From NCBI RefSeq assembly GCF_009914755.1, contig NC_060937.1: 64,000 bases of DNA. One strand, written 5' to 3'. Positions 1-12,475 of the stretch are shown here, piece after piece (position 1 is the stretch's first letter; each line of letters starts with the position of its first letter). Made by a program: the position numbers and the translations under genes. Below the pieces are notes generated by a model. The model did no database searches. It had not been told where the DNA came from and saw only the letters and a list, made by a program, of their open reading frames with translations. The DNA is from the human T2T-CHM13v2.0 reference genome, Homo sapiens.

Positions 1-640
1 CACCAACTCTTATCTGGACTACTGCAGTAACATCTTTAGTAGTTTCTCCATTTATTCTCTTGCCTTCTCAAATCTATTCACAACACAGCAACTAGAGTAG
101 TCATTTCTTTTTGAAAAATAAAAATTTTCTACAGGTTATCCCTGTGGCTTGAAAAACATGCAGACTCTGTGCCATGGCCTGTGTGGTCCACTTGACCTGC
201 CTAGCTCCTGCCTGTCTTGTCAACTTCGTCATCTCTTTTTTTCACTTCAGCCCGAACATACCAGCTTCCTTTCAGGTTGCTGAGTACCCTATATGCCATT
301 GCCTCAGCCTAGAACTTTCTTTCTGGTTCTCAGTATGGCTGGTTCCTTCTCATCCTTTTATCTTCAGTTCAAATGTCATTTTCTTGGAAAGTCGGGTCCT
401 ACCTATCATGCTAAGGAGGTGTTGCCTTCCTAGTACCATTATGTTCTCTTACCCTACCTCTAACACTATGTTCCTTCATAGGAATTGTTCGAATCCTACA
501 CAGTTATCCTACACAGTTCTTTGTCAGCTTGTCTATTTTCCACATTTGCTCATGGAGCCATATTTGCTTTATTCATAATAGATGCCTAGAACCTAGTATA
601 GTGCTTGACACACATTTATCGGTGCTTATCAGTCTAGAGG
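1..640 (+). mobile_element. L2 3' fragment
   Basis: ctggactactgcagtaac..caacacagca..tgcctagaac..gtgcttgacaca motifs; the 174-578 ORF is fortuitous. Confidence 0.65.
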
Positions 641-654
641 ATTTTTCTGTTTGG

Positions 655-806
655 GGTTTTTAAGAGACAGGGTCTCCCCTGTGTCACCCAGCCTGGAGTG
701 CAGTGGTGTGATCATAACTCACTGCAGCCTCTAACTCCTGGCTCAAGTGATCCACCTGCCTCAGCCTCCCAAGTAGCCAGGACTACAGGCACGTGCTACC
801 ACACCT
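655..806 (-). mobile_element. Alu right monomer (AluJ/FRAM-like)
   Basis: gagacagggtctc..ctggagtgcagtgg..gactacaggc. Confidence 0.8.
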
Positions 807-849
807 GAATCATGCTCATTGTTGAATAAATGAAAGCTCCTTTCCTAAT

Positions 850-2700
850 GTGAAGTATTATCAATCCATTGATATTTTTGCCACTGAAATAATAAAATCT
901 ATATTTGTGTTTATCTAATCATTAGTGAAACTGAATATTTTGATTCCTATTTCCTCTTTTAACTGCTTGTTCAAGTAATTTGCCAATTTTTGAGTTGTTA
1001 TTTTCTTATTATCCTATAAACATTCTTTGTGAAATTAAGCCTTTATCCATTATGTTTGAGGCAAATATTTTTTCCTAGATTATTATTTACTTAAAACATT
1101 CTTCATTATATCTTCTATCATAGATTTTAAAATTTTTACGTACTTAAAGCTATGGTCTCTCTTTATGGCTTCTGAGATTTGTATATTGCTTAAAAAGGAG
1201 TTTCTACCCTCAAAGTATAAAATCATCCTTCACTACATTTTTATTGTGTTGATTCAATACAAATTGTCAAATTGTCTATTCTTTTGACATTGGTTTGAAA
1301 GAAATACTTTCATTCATAGTTGAAGTCCTAAATACTGAATTTTTATATAAACATGGGTCTACTTTAGATTCTCTATAGCATTCAATAATTCAATTCATAG
1401 ATTGATTACAATGCCAATAACAGTTTGTTATTCCAACCAGCTTTAAAGTTTTTAGTCTTTTATCTCAAAGTAATTTCAGTTTTGGTTTTAATTTTTCCCC
1501 AATAGTCATTTTTAAAGATAGTTTAAATTTTTTAATTAAAAAATTAGCTGGGCCTAGTGGTGCACACGTGTAGTCCCCCTACGTGGGAGGCTGAGGTGGG
1601 ATGATTGCTCAAGCCCAGGAGGTCAAGGCTACAGCAAACCATGGTCATGCCACTGTACTCTAGCCTGGGTGACAGAGCAAGACACTGGAAAAAAAAAAAA
1701 ACAGAAAAAAAATTTTTTAAGTAAACAGACTATAATTTCATATTGCTTAATTTCTAATTTTACTCCATTTTTCTCAAGGACTGTGGCTTTCTAGGATTTG
1801 GGGTGTTTTTTTTTTGGAGGTTACCAAGAGTCTTTGAGGCCTTGAACATGGCCAATTTTGTAGTAGATTTTAGTCAGTCTTCTTAAAGTCAGTATTTATA
1901 AAGAATATGTGTTTTCATATATTGGGTACATTTTATGTCTATACAATTATGCTTAGCATTGTTATTCAAATCCTCCTTTCTTTACAGAGTTTTTTGGTTC
2001 ACTTGGTCTGTTAATTTCTATGGAGAATTAGTTAAATAAAAGGAAAATTTGGCAAATCCATAGTCTATATTAGAGACAAATAGTTTTTGTCATATGTATT
2101 TCAAACCTATTTTGATAAAGATTTGTGACTTGCATTTTCCTTTGGATTATATATTTTATCTGCATAAATATCTTTTATTGTGTTGAATGTTTTTCACCTT
2201 GAATTCAATTTGTCTCATACTAATATTGCTGCTTTTGTTAACATTTACGTGTATAACTTTGTTTTCAACTCGATTTATAGATATTCTTTGTAATCAAATA
2301 TAGCTAGATTTGTATTTTTCTAGGCAATCCAAGAGCTTTTATTCTAATAAGATAATTTAGCCTGTATACATTTTTTGTGAATGCTGACTTATTGGACTTA
2401 ATATTTTGCTTGTTACTTTTTATTGAAAAATTCCCCCTTCTTTTCTGCCTTTTATTGTAAAGGCAGAAATTGACGATCAAATTTTTATTTGTTGTATTAT
2501 ACTTATATGTTTTTGTGTTATTTATCCTAATTTGTACATATAATTAGCATATAATTAAACATATAATAAGCACATTTATTTTTCTATCAATCTCTGGAAT
2601 TGATATCAATATCCAACATTCACTCATACAACAAAGGAAAAAAACTTATTGTAGTTCATATCCCTGTCTCTTCCTTGTGCCTCTTCTAGTGCTAAAATCC
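850..2700 (-). mobile_element. Old L1M fragments (interrupted by an Alu monomer at ~1540-1710)
   Basis: T-rich degenerate sequence with antisense L1 ORF2-like motifs. Confidence 0.5.
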
Positions 2701-2728
2701 TCCATGATTTTAATTAGATCCTGTTGAT

Positions 2729-3057
<329 letters not shown>

Positions 3058-3803
3058 CTGATTCTTATTTAAACAGAAAAACAAGCACATATTTGACCAA
3101 AAATGTCACTGTCTTCTTTGTTCACAATTGTTCTGGTATCTATGCCTTCCTCTTTCTTGGATTTACTACTTGTTTGACTAGCATTCATTTTCATGTAATT
3201 TTTAAAATACGGCTCTTAGAGCTCACATAGAAGTGATGAAGTTGGCTATGCAGATGGCTTGTCTCCAGAATGGGGACCACATATTCCCCCAGGTATAGCA
3301 TGTTTACCAGAAGCACTTTCTGGGCCCCAGGGCCTTCTTAGTGAATCTTATGCATCAAGAAGAGTTCTCAGGCTCTATTGTTGGGGGTAAAGGCTGGAGT
3401 TGGCTGCTCACTTTCCTTCACTTCTTCCTCTGCTGTCCTTGTTGGAGTTACACTGTATTCAGCGTCTCTTTCCAAACACTATCCTGGATCTCTTATGTGG
3501 ATTGTATCAGTTAATCTTCTTCTGAGTTAGCAGTTATTGTTACCCCCTACCCCAGGCTATATGTGAGGAAACGAGGCCCCAAGAGGTTAAATAATGTCCT
3601 ATTAATGAGGAAAAATGTTATAATTTAAACTCAGGCAGTCTAACCCCCAGATCCCCTGCCCTCCCAAAAGGAGAACATGGATGGTACTAGGTTCCAGTGA
3701 TAAGAAAACCAAGTGAAACTATTTTGTAAAAAAGGAACTAGTCAACTTTTATTTTTTTACCAATTATTAATTGCATACAGAGAAAGACAAAAACTGGCCT
3801 GGC

Positions 3804-4752
3804 CAACCTACAGAATGGGAGAAAAATGTTGCAATCTATCCACCTGACAAAGGGCTAATAACCAGAATCTACAAAGAATTTAAACAAATTTACCAGAAAA
3901 AAACAACCTCATCAAAAAGTGGGCAAAGCATATGAACAGACACTTCTCAAAAGAAGACATTTATGCAGCCAACAAACATATGAAAAAAAGCTCACTATCA
4001 CTGGTCATTAGAGAAATGCAAATCAAAATCACAATGAGATACCATCTCATGCCAGTTAGAATGGCGATCATTAAAAAGTCAGGAAAAAACAGTTGCTGGA
4101 GAGGATGTGGAGAAATAGGAACACTTTTACACTGTTGGTGGGAGTGTAAATTGGTTCAACCATTGTGGAAGACAGTGTGGCAATTCCTCAAGGATCTAGA
4201 AACAGCAATATCATTTGACCCAGCAGTCCCATTATCGGGTATATACCCAAAGGATTATAAATCATTCTACTATAAAGGCACATGCACACGTATATTTATT
4301 GCAGCATTGTTCACAATAGCAAAGACTTGGAACCAACCCAAATGCCCATCAATGTTGGGCTGGATAAAGAAAATGTGGCACATATACACCATGGAATACT
4401 ATGCAGACATAAAAAAGGATGAGTTCATGTCCTTTGCAGAGACATGGATGAAGCTGGAAACCATCGTTCTCAGAAAACTAACACAGGAACAGAAAACCAA
4501 ACACTGCATGTTCTCATTCATAAGTGGGAGTTGAACAACGAGAACACATGGACACAGGGAGGGGAACATCACACACCAGGGCCTGTAATGGGGTGGGGGG
4601 CTAGGGGAGGGATAGCATTAGGAGAAATACCTAATGTAGATGATGAATTGATGGGTGCAGCAAACCACCGTGGCACGTGTATACCTATGTAACAAAGCTG
4701 CGCGTTCTTCACATGTATCCCAGAAATTAAAGTATGATAAAAAATAAAAATA
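3804..4752 (+). mobile_element. 5'-truncated L1PA (L1PA6/7-like) 3' end including the ORF2p C-terminus (3932-4534)
   Basis: ORF2 C-terminal [29 protein letters not shown]; 3' UTR and A-tail; 15-bp TSD AAAAACTGGCCTGGC at 3789-3803 and 4753-4767. Confidence 0.95.
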
Positions 4753-4767
4753 AAAAACTGGCCTGGC

Positions 4768-5570
4768 ACTCACAGCTAGGCCTTGGTGTTCTCCTGTTGA
4801 AAGTAACCAATGTTACATAATGTCAATATCAGAAGAGGTCACTGTGACTATAATAGCTCATAACAAAAACAAGATCACTCTATAACATGTCTGAACACAG
4901 AAAAATACATGGACCTTGTACAAACTATAATAGTGACCAAAGATCCCAAAATTATGGCTAATATGAGTGACTTCTGCTTCTTTATCAATTACAGCATGAG
5001 TCTCACTCTGGTCTTCCTTCCTTCTAGATAGAATTGATTAAGACACCTCATCATAGACCTACCCCTGCTTCCTGATAAGATCCAATTCAGAGCAAAGCTC
5101 TGCTTCCTTAAATCTTCCCCTAAATCACCTACGTATTAGTCTGTTCTCACACTGCTAATAAAGACATGCCCAAGACTGGGTAACTTACAAAGAAAAAGAG
5201 GTTTAATTGACTCACAGTTCCACATGGCTGGGGAGGCCTCACAATCGTGGCGAAAAGTGAAGGAGGAGCAAAGACACATCTTACACGGCGGCAGGCAAGA
5301 AACAGTGGGTGCAGGGGAACCGCCCTTTATAAAATCACCAGATCTCATGAGATGTATTCAGTATCACAAGAACAGCAATGGGAAAGACCCACCCCCATGA
5401 TTCAATTACCTCCGGCCAGGTCCCTCCCACAACACATGGGAATTATGGGAGCTACAATTCAAGATGAGATTTGGATGGGGACACAGCCAAACCACATCAA
5501 CCTGACACAGACCCAAATGCTATAAGTCCTTTCTGACATCTAAGATGGCCCATGGTTCCCCACGGTGTGG
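4768..5570 (+). mobile_element. Older ERV LTR hosting the L1PA and THE1 insertions (subfamily undetermined)
   Basis: LTR-type sequence continues across both insertions (atgagtgacttctgcttctttatcaattacag..ccaaatgctataagtcctttc). Confidence 0.55.
5132..5498 (-). mobile_element. THE1 (MaLR) solo LTR
   Basis: gtattagtctgttctcacactgct..gagatttggatggggacacagccaaacca; near-TSD ACCTA/ACCTG. Confidence 0.9.
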
Positions 5571-6836
5571 CTAAGGAGTCTGGAATTCATTTTATAGGCA
5601 GTAGGAATAGGAGATAATCAAATCTGTTTGACCAGTAGAGTGACATGACTAAAGCTATGTTTTAGAAAACTAAACTTGACAAAACATGTAAGACAATGAA
5701 GAGACTGGTTGCAAAGATAGTAACAAACTCACTGCAGTAGTCCAGGGGGTGACAAGAAATCACAAAAGACACAGGCCATGATTCAAGTGGCATGTGATAA
5801 TACTGACATCAGGGCAGTGGCAGTGGGAATGAAAATGAGGTAGCATACACCAGGATATCTGCAGGGAGAATTGATAGTGGGTAGAGATTGTGATATGGTT
5901 CTAACCATCAACATAATTTTACATTCAATAGGTAGGAATTCCTCTGACCAGATTTTTCATAAGCTGTTCAGTCTTATTCTGAACAAAATAGATATGAGAT
6001 TTTTGTATCTATAAGTTCACTTTATTAGCATAAGATAGAAAGTTATGAATAGGATGACTTTCTATTCACCTTACCTGGATTATAAAATTCAAGGCTGGAT
6101 TTAAGCCTACCATATGGGTAAGGGATCAACTGAGCCCTTAAGTGTCTTTCAGAAGCTCCCATGAAGGGCATTAGAAGTTTTGTGAGCATATTGGAAGGCA
6201 AACTTGGTGCCTATGTGTGCATATTCAGCTGACTTGCCTGGATTCTCAGCTCTAGGAGACTAAAATAGATGAAGATGTGCCCCATAGGAACTAATCACAC
6301 TATTATTCAAATGCAAGTAAAGAAGATGCATGGTTTCAATGGCAAAAATGAAGAAAACTTTCCAATATTACAATCGGCAGGCTGAGCTCAAGGTGGTGCA
6401 AGGCAATTTAGAAATAGGAAGACCCTATTTTGGAATGCGCTTGGTTCCAAGAGCTTTTCCAACTGAGGTTTTTAGAACTGAGCCCCTTCTCCCCTAGAAA
6501 CAATGTTGGAAATTGTACGTAGGAATAGAGTGCAGCCAGGAGAGGTCACAAAAGCCCACCTACCCTACAGTAAGTTTAATTACGGTACTAATCCATGTTG
6601 GGTCTGGGAAGAGGAGGTCATTCATATATGCTGATCCCAGAGAAAGCAGACACATTTCCTCTCTTTACTTTTGCCTATTCTAGCAAAATCCAGATATTGG
6701 TAGGAAGAAATAGAAGTCAACTGCCCAAGTCTTTCTCTCTGAGCTGTCTGTCCCACCCTCTCCAATAGTCCTCTCCACAGGTAGCCTGTGTTTCTACAGT
6801 GCTCACCACCCCTATGTATTTTGAAGGTCAGGAATA

Positions 6837-7074
6837 TCTGAGCACCGTCTCCTGTCAGAACAGCAGCGGTATTAGAATCTCATAGGAGAACAAACCCTAT
6901 TGTGAACTGCACATGTGAAGGATCTGGGTTACATGCTCCTTATGAGAATCCAACTAATGCCTGATGATCTGAGGTGGAACAGTTTCATCCCAAAACCATC
7001 CCCCTTGCCCCATTCATGGAAAAATTGCCTTCCACAAAGCCAGTTCCCTGTGCCAAAAAGGTTGGGGACCACTG
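6837..7074 (+). mobile_element. MER1B (hAT-Charlie), left end missing
   Basis: ctcctgtcaga..cataggag..tgcctgatgatctgaggtggaacagtttcatccc..aaaaaggttggggaccactg terminus. Confidence 0.8.
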
Positions 7075-8479
7075 CTTTATATACACTATAAACACAGATA
7101 AGTAAAACACTACTCACAGATGTAAGGGACAATAGTTACTCTTGCCTCACTACAGGCACACGGGCATAGACTCTTTCCACTTCCCCCTCCTCCCTCCTCC
7201 CCTGAAACACAATGTTGTATTACTCAAGAGGTGGTTTGGCCAGTCCCCACTAAAAACAACATTTCATATGAATTTCAACAAAAAGATATTCACAAAATGT
7301 GTTATTTTACTACCTGTACTTTTAACACATATCAGGCACTTCAGAACATCTAGAAGAAAGCCCAGACATTTCAAAAAAAAAGTACTTAGTATTGCCAACC
7401 ATGTATACAGTAGTGAGGAATAAAATACACACACAAAGCGATGGTTAAAATATGAAAATGTCTCCTAAATATGATCAGTCTAGCATGGAGCCTTCTTCTC
7501 CTCCTTCTCAGGTCTTCCACCCCAAGTCCTCTTATCCACTGAACAATTGTGGACATGTCATCCCTGATGTCACTTCCAGAGGTGGTCTCACAAATCCATT
7601 TCAAAAAGTCATCCCAGAAGACATTTTATATGATTTTTTTTAAGAGGTGAGCATTTGCAAGATGTGTGATTTTATGACTCTTTTATCATAATTTGGCAAA
7701 ACCTATTTACATCTAGAAGGGCTAGATGTAGCAAGTGCTCTTTTAAAACCTTGGGGAGGTCAGTTGAGAGCAGTTTTTCCTATGACGTACACAGATCTTC
7801 TACACAGGGCCTGTACATTTTTCCAAAGACCAGTGGGCCTTTCTGTTGCCCAAATGTGGCTTATCTCCTACTGTTTCTCTTCTGATATGAAGGTATGATA
7901 GATGGGAGATCAACCCCGCCTGGTGGCTTCTAGCAGTTTCATCCGTCAGGGCTCTGCTCACCTTCTGGACCGTTAAGGCCTTGGTCCATTGTCATCAATA
8001 ACGAGGCAGGCCTCACCCAACTGGGACAGAGTGGTCACCCCAGGCCCCGGTCCTGCTGGGTTTCAGGCCAACAGAGGTGGCGGAGTTGGGTCCGTCTGCA
8101 GACCCACCTTCCAGGCCTCACCCCACAGCGCTCTCCACGGTGTTCCCTCAGCTGCCAGGCTTCCCACCCTGCACACCGGCGCCACCCAAAGCGGCTGCAT
8201 CCTGAAGGCTTCATCTAGGCCAGGCAGGGTTAGGCCGGGAGGCCCAGCAGCCAGCTGGGTCTGGGCTCAGAGAGGCAGCTGCCTGATGGTCAAAGAGGTG
8301 GAGTGGAGAGAGGGGCCCTCCTCTGCATCAAGGCCTGGGCCCTGCCAGTGCACAGCCATGGCAAGGGCTCCAGGTGCCTGCAGAGCAGAGGCTTGCTTGT
8401 CCTTGGACCCCAGCTTTCCTGGGAGGGCCATAGGGGAAGTGGCCATGCTTCACTTCTCACCAAGCTCTCTGCAGGAACT
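7075..8479 (-). pseudogene. Retrocopy of lncRNA NORAD (LINC00657), 5' ~1.4 kb
   Basis: Minus strand begins AGTTCC like NORAD and shows collinear NORAD-like blocks (GGTGACCACTCTGTC, GGCCTTAA..GAAGGTGAGC, ACATCTAGCCCTTCTAGATG, GGAAGACCTGAGAAGG, TTTTATTCCTCACTACTG, TTTTACTTATCTGTGT); recognised from memory of the NORAD sequence. Confidence 0.85.
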
Positions 8480-8489
8480 CCAGAGTGGC

Positions 8490-8845
8490 TTGTTGTTTTT
8501 TTTTTTTTTTTGCTGTTTGTTTGTTTTTTGTGTTTTTTTTTTTGTTTTTGTTTTTTTCGGTGAGACAAGGTCTCGTTCTGTTGCTCAGGCTAGAGTGCAG
8601 TGGCGGCATGACCATAGCTCACTGTAACCTCAAATTCCTGGGCTTAAGAGATCCTCCCACCTCAGCTTCCCAAGGAGCTGGGACTACAGGCATGCACCAC
8701 CACTCCCAGCAAATTTTTGTATTTTTTGTAGAGATGAGGTCTCCCTATGTTGCCCAAGCTGGTCTTGAACTGCTGACCTCAGGTAATCCACCTACCTTGG
8801 CCTCCCAAAGTGCTGGGATTACAGGTGTGAGCCACAGCACCCAGT
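8490..8845 (-). mobile_element. Alu (J/S) with long T-rich tail
   Basis: Full dimer, antisense on + strand. Confidence 0.88.
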
Positions 8846-8938
8846 CTCATAGCAGCTTCTTATTACTTTATTTGATTAAAAGAACAAAGCACTTTGTATT
8901 TTAAAACCATATGAATATATAATCTGTTACATTTAATG

Positions 8939-9377
8939 TGTAAACAGGAGATAAAATCCCAAGCCCCCCAACAGACTTAATGGATTCCCTTGTAGCCAAG
9001 TGGATTCCAGAAAGAAAAACTAAATTCCAAATTCTAAATGCCCCCTCCCTTTTGGAGTTTAGGCACAACTAACCAGCACATTAAAATAGACGTCATAGAC
9101 TGCCCTAACACTAACAGACTCTTTGTGGCAATAAGATAACAAATTCCAACCTGACTCCAGTACAGCATCACACGACAGATAGCAGACCCTGAAGGAAATA
9201 AAAATTTTTTACCCCAAAATATATTTCTTTGGCATATTTTGAAATGGCCCTGTAAAGCTGTCTTTTGTGGGGAAAATTTGCATATGTAGAGACACTCTTA
9301 CCCCTTCCAGGTCTTCCCCAGATCAAGGAGAGATAAGTGAGAATCTGTTATCTTTAAGGGTTGAAAAGAGAGGCTTT
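8939..9377 (+). mobile_element. MER4-family (ERV1) LTR, 3' truncated
   Basis: tgtaaac..aagcccccaac..ttttaccccaaaatatatttctttg. Confidence 0.75.
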
Positions 9378-9690
9378 GGCCCAGGCACGTGGCTCACGCC
9401 TGTAATCCCAGCACTTTGGGAGGCCGAGGCAGGTGGATCACATGAGGTCAGGAGTTCAAGACCAGCCTGGCCAATATGGTGAAACCCCACCTCTACTAAA
9501 AGTACAAAACATTAGCTGGGCATGGTGTTGCATGCCTATAGCCCCAGCTACTGGGGAGGCTGAGGCGGGAGAAATCGCCTGAACCCAGGAGGCAGCAGTT
9601 GCAGTGAGCTGAGATTGAGCCACTGCACTCCAGCCTGGGCAACAGAACAAGACTCCATGTCAAAAAAAAAAAAAAAAAAGAAAAGAAAAG
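9378..9690 (+). mobile_element. AluS
   Basis: Full dimer; TSD GAAAAGAGAG(G/A)CTTT. Confidence 0.9.
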
Positions 9691-10945
9691 AGAGACTTTT
9701 CTTTTTTGGTCATCAAGTGGCTGTTAGACATGAATTTTAAATTGTTAATGTTTAAAATGTAGCCAATTCTTATATCTCGAGAAAATTCTTAAAAGAACAC
9801 TTTTTCCTAATACCCGCACACAAAATGAATCTGTCCTGCTTCACTCACATTCCTACCCTAGCTGAAATTCAAACCTCTCTTAACACTCATCCAAAAAAAC
9901 ACAATTGGAAAGATGACTACACCCCGCCCCCACCACCAACAAATTACCAATTAAAATTTTAAATGCTGAGATTTATTTTACCCAATGTTTTAAACAACCT
10001 AAATCATAAAATCCTATCATTGTTTTTTAAAAAAGGCTTATCAACTGTTACTTCACGTCTTCCATCTAATAGAAAAGTCCACCCAAAGGTATCACACATG
10101 AATTTTTATAAGTAGTAAATAATTACAGAGACTAAAAATAACCTTGAAAGTTAGACCAAGGCTAACTGCCGATTTCTACCCTCTGTTTTCAGGCTCAAGA
10201 ATCCTAAAACGAATTCTAAATTATGAAATTGGAGTCTGTCCCTAGCCAGAGTAGCAGACTTAATGCACCATTAATCTGTTCTGCTCTCAGCCGCTCATTG
10301 AAACAGTCACAGTCATTCAATTTTTAGGGAAAAGACAGTACTGCAAAAGTACATTCCAGAGGTCTTTTCATAAAAACCATCCTGTGTGCTCCATCTGCAT
10401 GTGCAATCTGCTTGTGTATTTTCAGCCAGCTTGCACGGGCAGATTAATGCGTACAATTAGAAAGCAACCTCACAGGCATTCAATAAACTGCCTTCATTAT
10501 TACACTCAGGAGAGTCCCTTTGGATGTCAATAAAAGCCTAGTTTTCTGCCTGTTAGCTAAATAATTGACAACACTAAAAATAATCAGAAGCAAATGAACG
10601 AAGTCAAGAACAAGGTGTTAAGAAAGAGCACATTAAGATTCTCATGGTGGTGCCCCAGGTTGCTATCATGAGCTTTTTCTCCAGCAACTTGGATTTATAG
10701 TCCGCTCAAGTCCATGGTTGTCCTCTCTACAGAAAAAAAATACCATTCCTGGTTTGCTGTATGAATCACACATTGCAGCATGGTGAAACTAGCAAAGTAT
10801 TGACTGGTTTGAAAGAATTTCTTATGTACGTTTCTATTTTATGTTCCTTCATTTAACAGTTTCAGGAGAATCTAATTTGGGAGGTGGGGGTAGGCAGTCT
10901 GGTTGGTCTGGCAAAACCTTTGTGCTGTTAAAAATCCAAAGAGGT

Positions 10946-11259
<314 letters not shown>

Positions 11260-11943
11260 CTAGACATTTTTTCCACCATACACTGATTCTAAGGAGGTAT
11301 GACAAAAACTTGTCATATAGACGATCCATCTTTTATAAGTCTCTTTTATATTTCTAACTACATACTCACTGCTTATTTCATGAGTTATTGGTCTTTTAAT
11401 TTCAAAAGTAATTCAAAACATAATACTCTTTCAAAGAAGAACCTCACACATATACCTCTTCTTGTGTTTCTCAATAGGCTTTAAAAATCAATTTGAGATA
11501 CTTCTCAATTTTAGCCAAACTCTGTTTTTCCTGGTTAACTGGGACTTTTACAATAAGCAGAAGAAAGAGCAAGAGTGAAATGTGTGTGTAATTGAATTCA
11601 GCTCCACTGATAGCAGGCCAGGTGGCTGAGGGCAAACTTCTTTTTTCTTTATAGAAAAAGGGTGATTGATCTTCTGTATTTAGTAAAACACAAACTCAAG
11701 AAGCTGGAACTATAAAAGAAAGGAGGTTGGACGCACAGCTTCTAATGTCTTTTAAAACTTCAAGAATCTCTTACCCTTTACTTTGCCATATTTAGAACTC
11801 TCCAGAGAATGAACCCATTCAACTATCCAGTCCTGTGCCCAAGGCCCCTCACTGTTAAGTAGGTCTTCCCTCTTCCAATGTAAAACTAGTATGCCACAAG
11901 ACAATGACATTTGTTCTCATTTGTGACTCTAGGCTACTAAAGT

Positions 11944-12475
11944 TGAGAGGTGAAGCCAGCTGGACTTCTGGGCCAGGTGGGGACTTGGAGAACTTTTCTG
12001 TCTTACAAGAGGATTGTAAAATGCACCAATCAGCACTCCGTAGCTAGGATTGTAAAACGCACCAATCAGTGCTCTGTGGCTAGCAAGAGGTTTGTAAAAT
12101 GCACCAATCAGTGCTCTGTAAAAATGCACCAATCAGCGCTCTGTGACTAGCTAGAGGTTTGTAAAATGGACCAATCAGCACTCTGTAAAATGGACCAATC
12201 AGCACTCTATAAAATGGACCGATCAACGGGATGTGGGCGCAGACAAATAAGGCAATAAAAGCTGGCCACCCCAGCCAGCAGCGGCAACCTGTTTGGGTCC
12301 CCTTCCATGCTGTGAAAGCTTTGTTCTTTCGCTCTCCACAATAAATCTTGCTGCTGCTCACTCTTTGGGTCTGTGCCACCTTTAAGAGCTGTAACACTCA
12401 CCGCAAAGGTCCACGGCTTCATTCTTGAAGTGAGCGAGTCCAAGAGCCCACCAGAAGGAACCAACTCCAGACACA
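11944..12475 (+). mobile_element. LTR12-family (HERV9) solo LTR
   Basis: tgagaggtgaagccagctgg start, tandem gcaccaatcagcactctg units, ends gaaggaaccaactccagacaca; 4-bp TSD AAGT/AAGC. Confidence 0.92.

Noticed and set aside
3932-4534. 200-aa ORF as a host gene
   Set aside because: It is the C-terminus of L1 ORF2p in a 5'-truncated L1 with no promoter, endonuclease or RT
7989-8627. 212-aa plus-strand ORF
   Set aside because: It runs antisense through the GC-rich head of the NORAD copy into an Alu tail; stop-poor by composition, with no recognisable protein
12015-12225. Regularly spaced direct repeats resembling a CRISPR-like array
   Set aside because: These are the internal CCAAT enhancer repeats of LTR12; no unique spacers, and the context is eukaryotic
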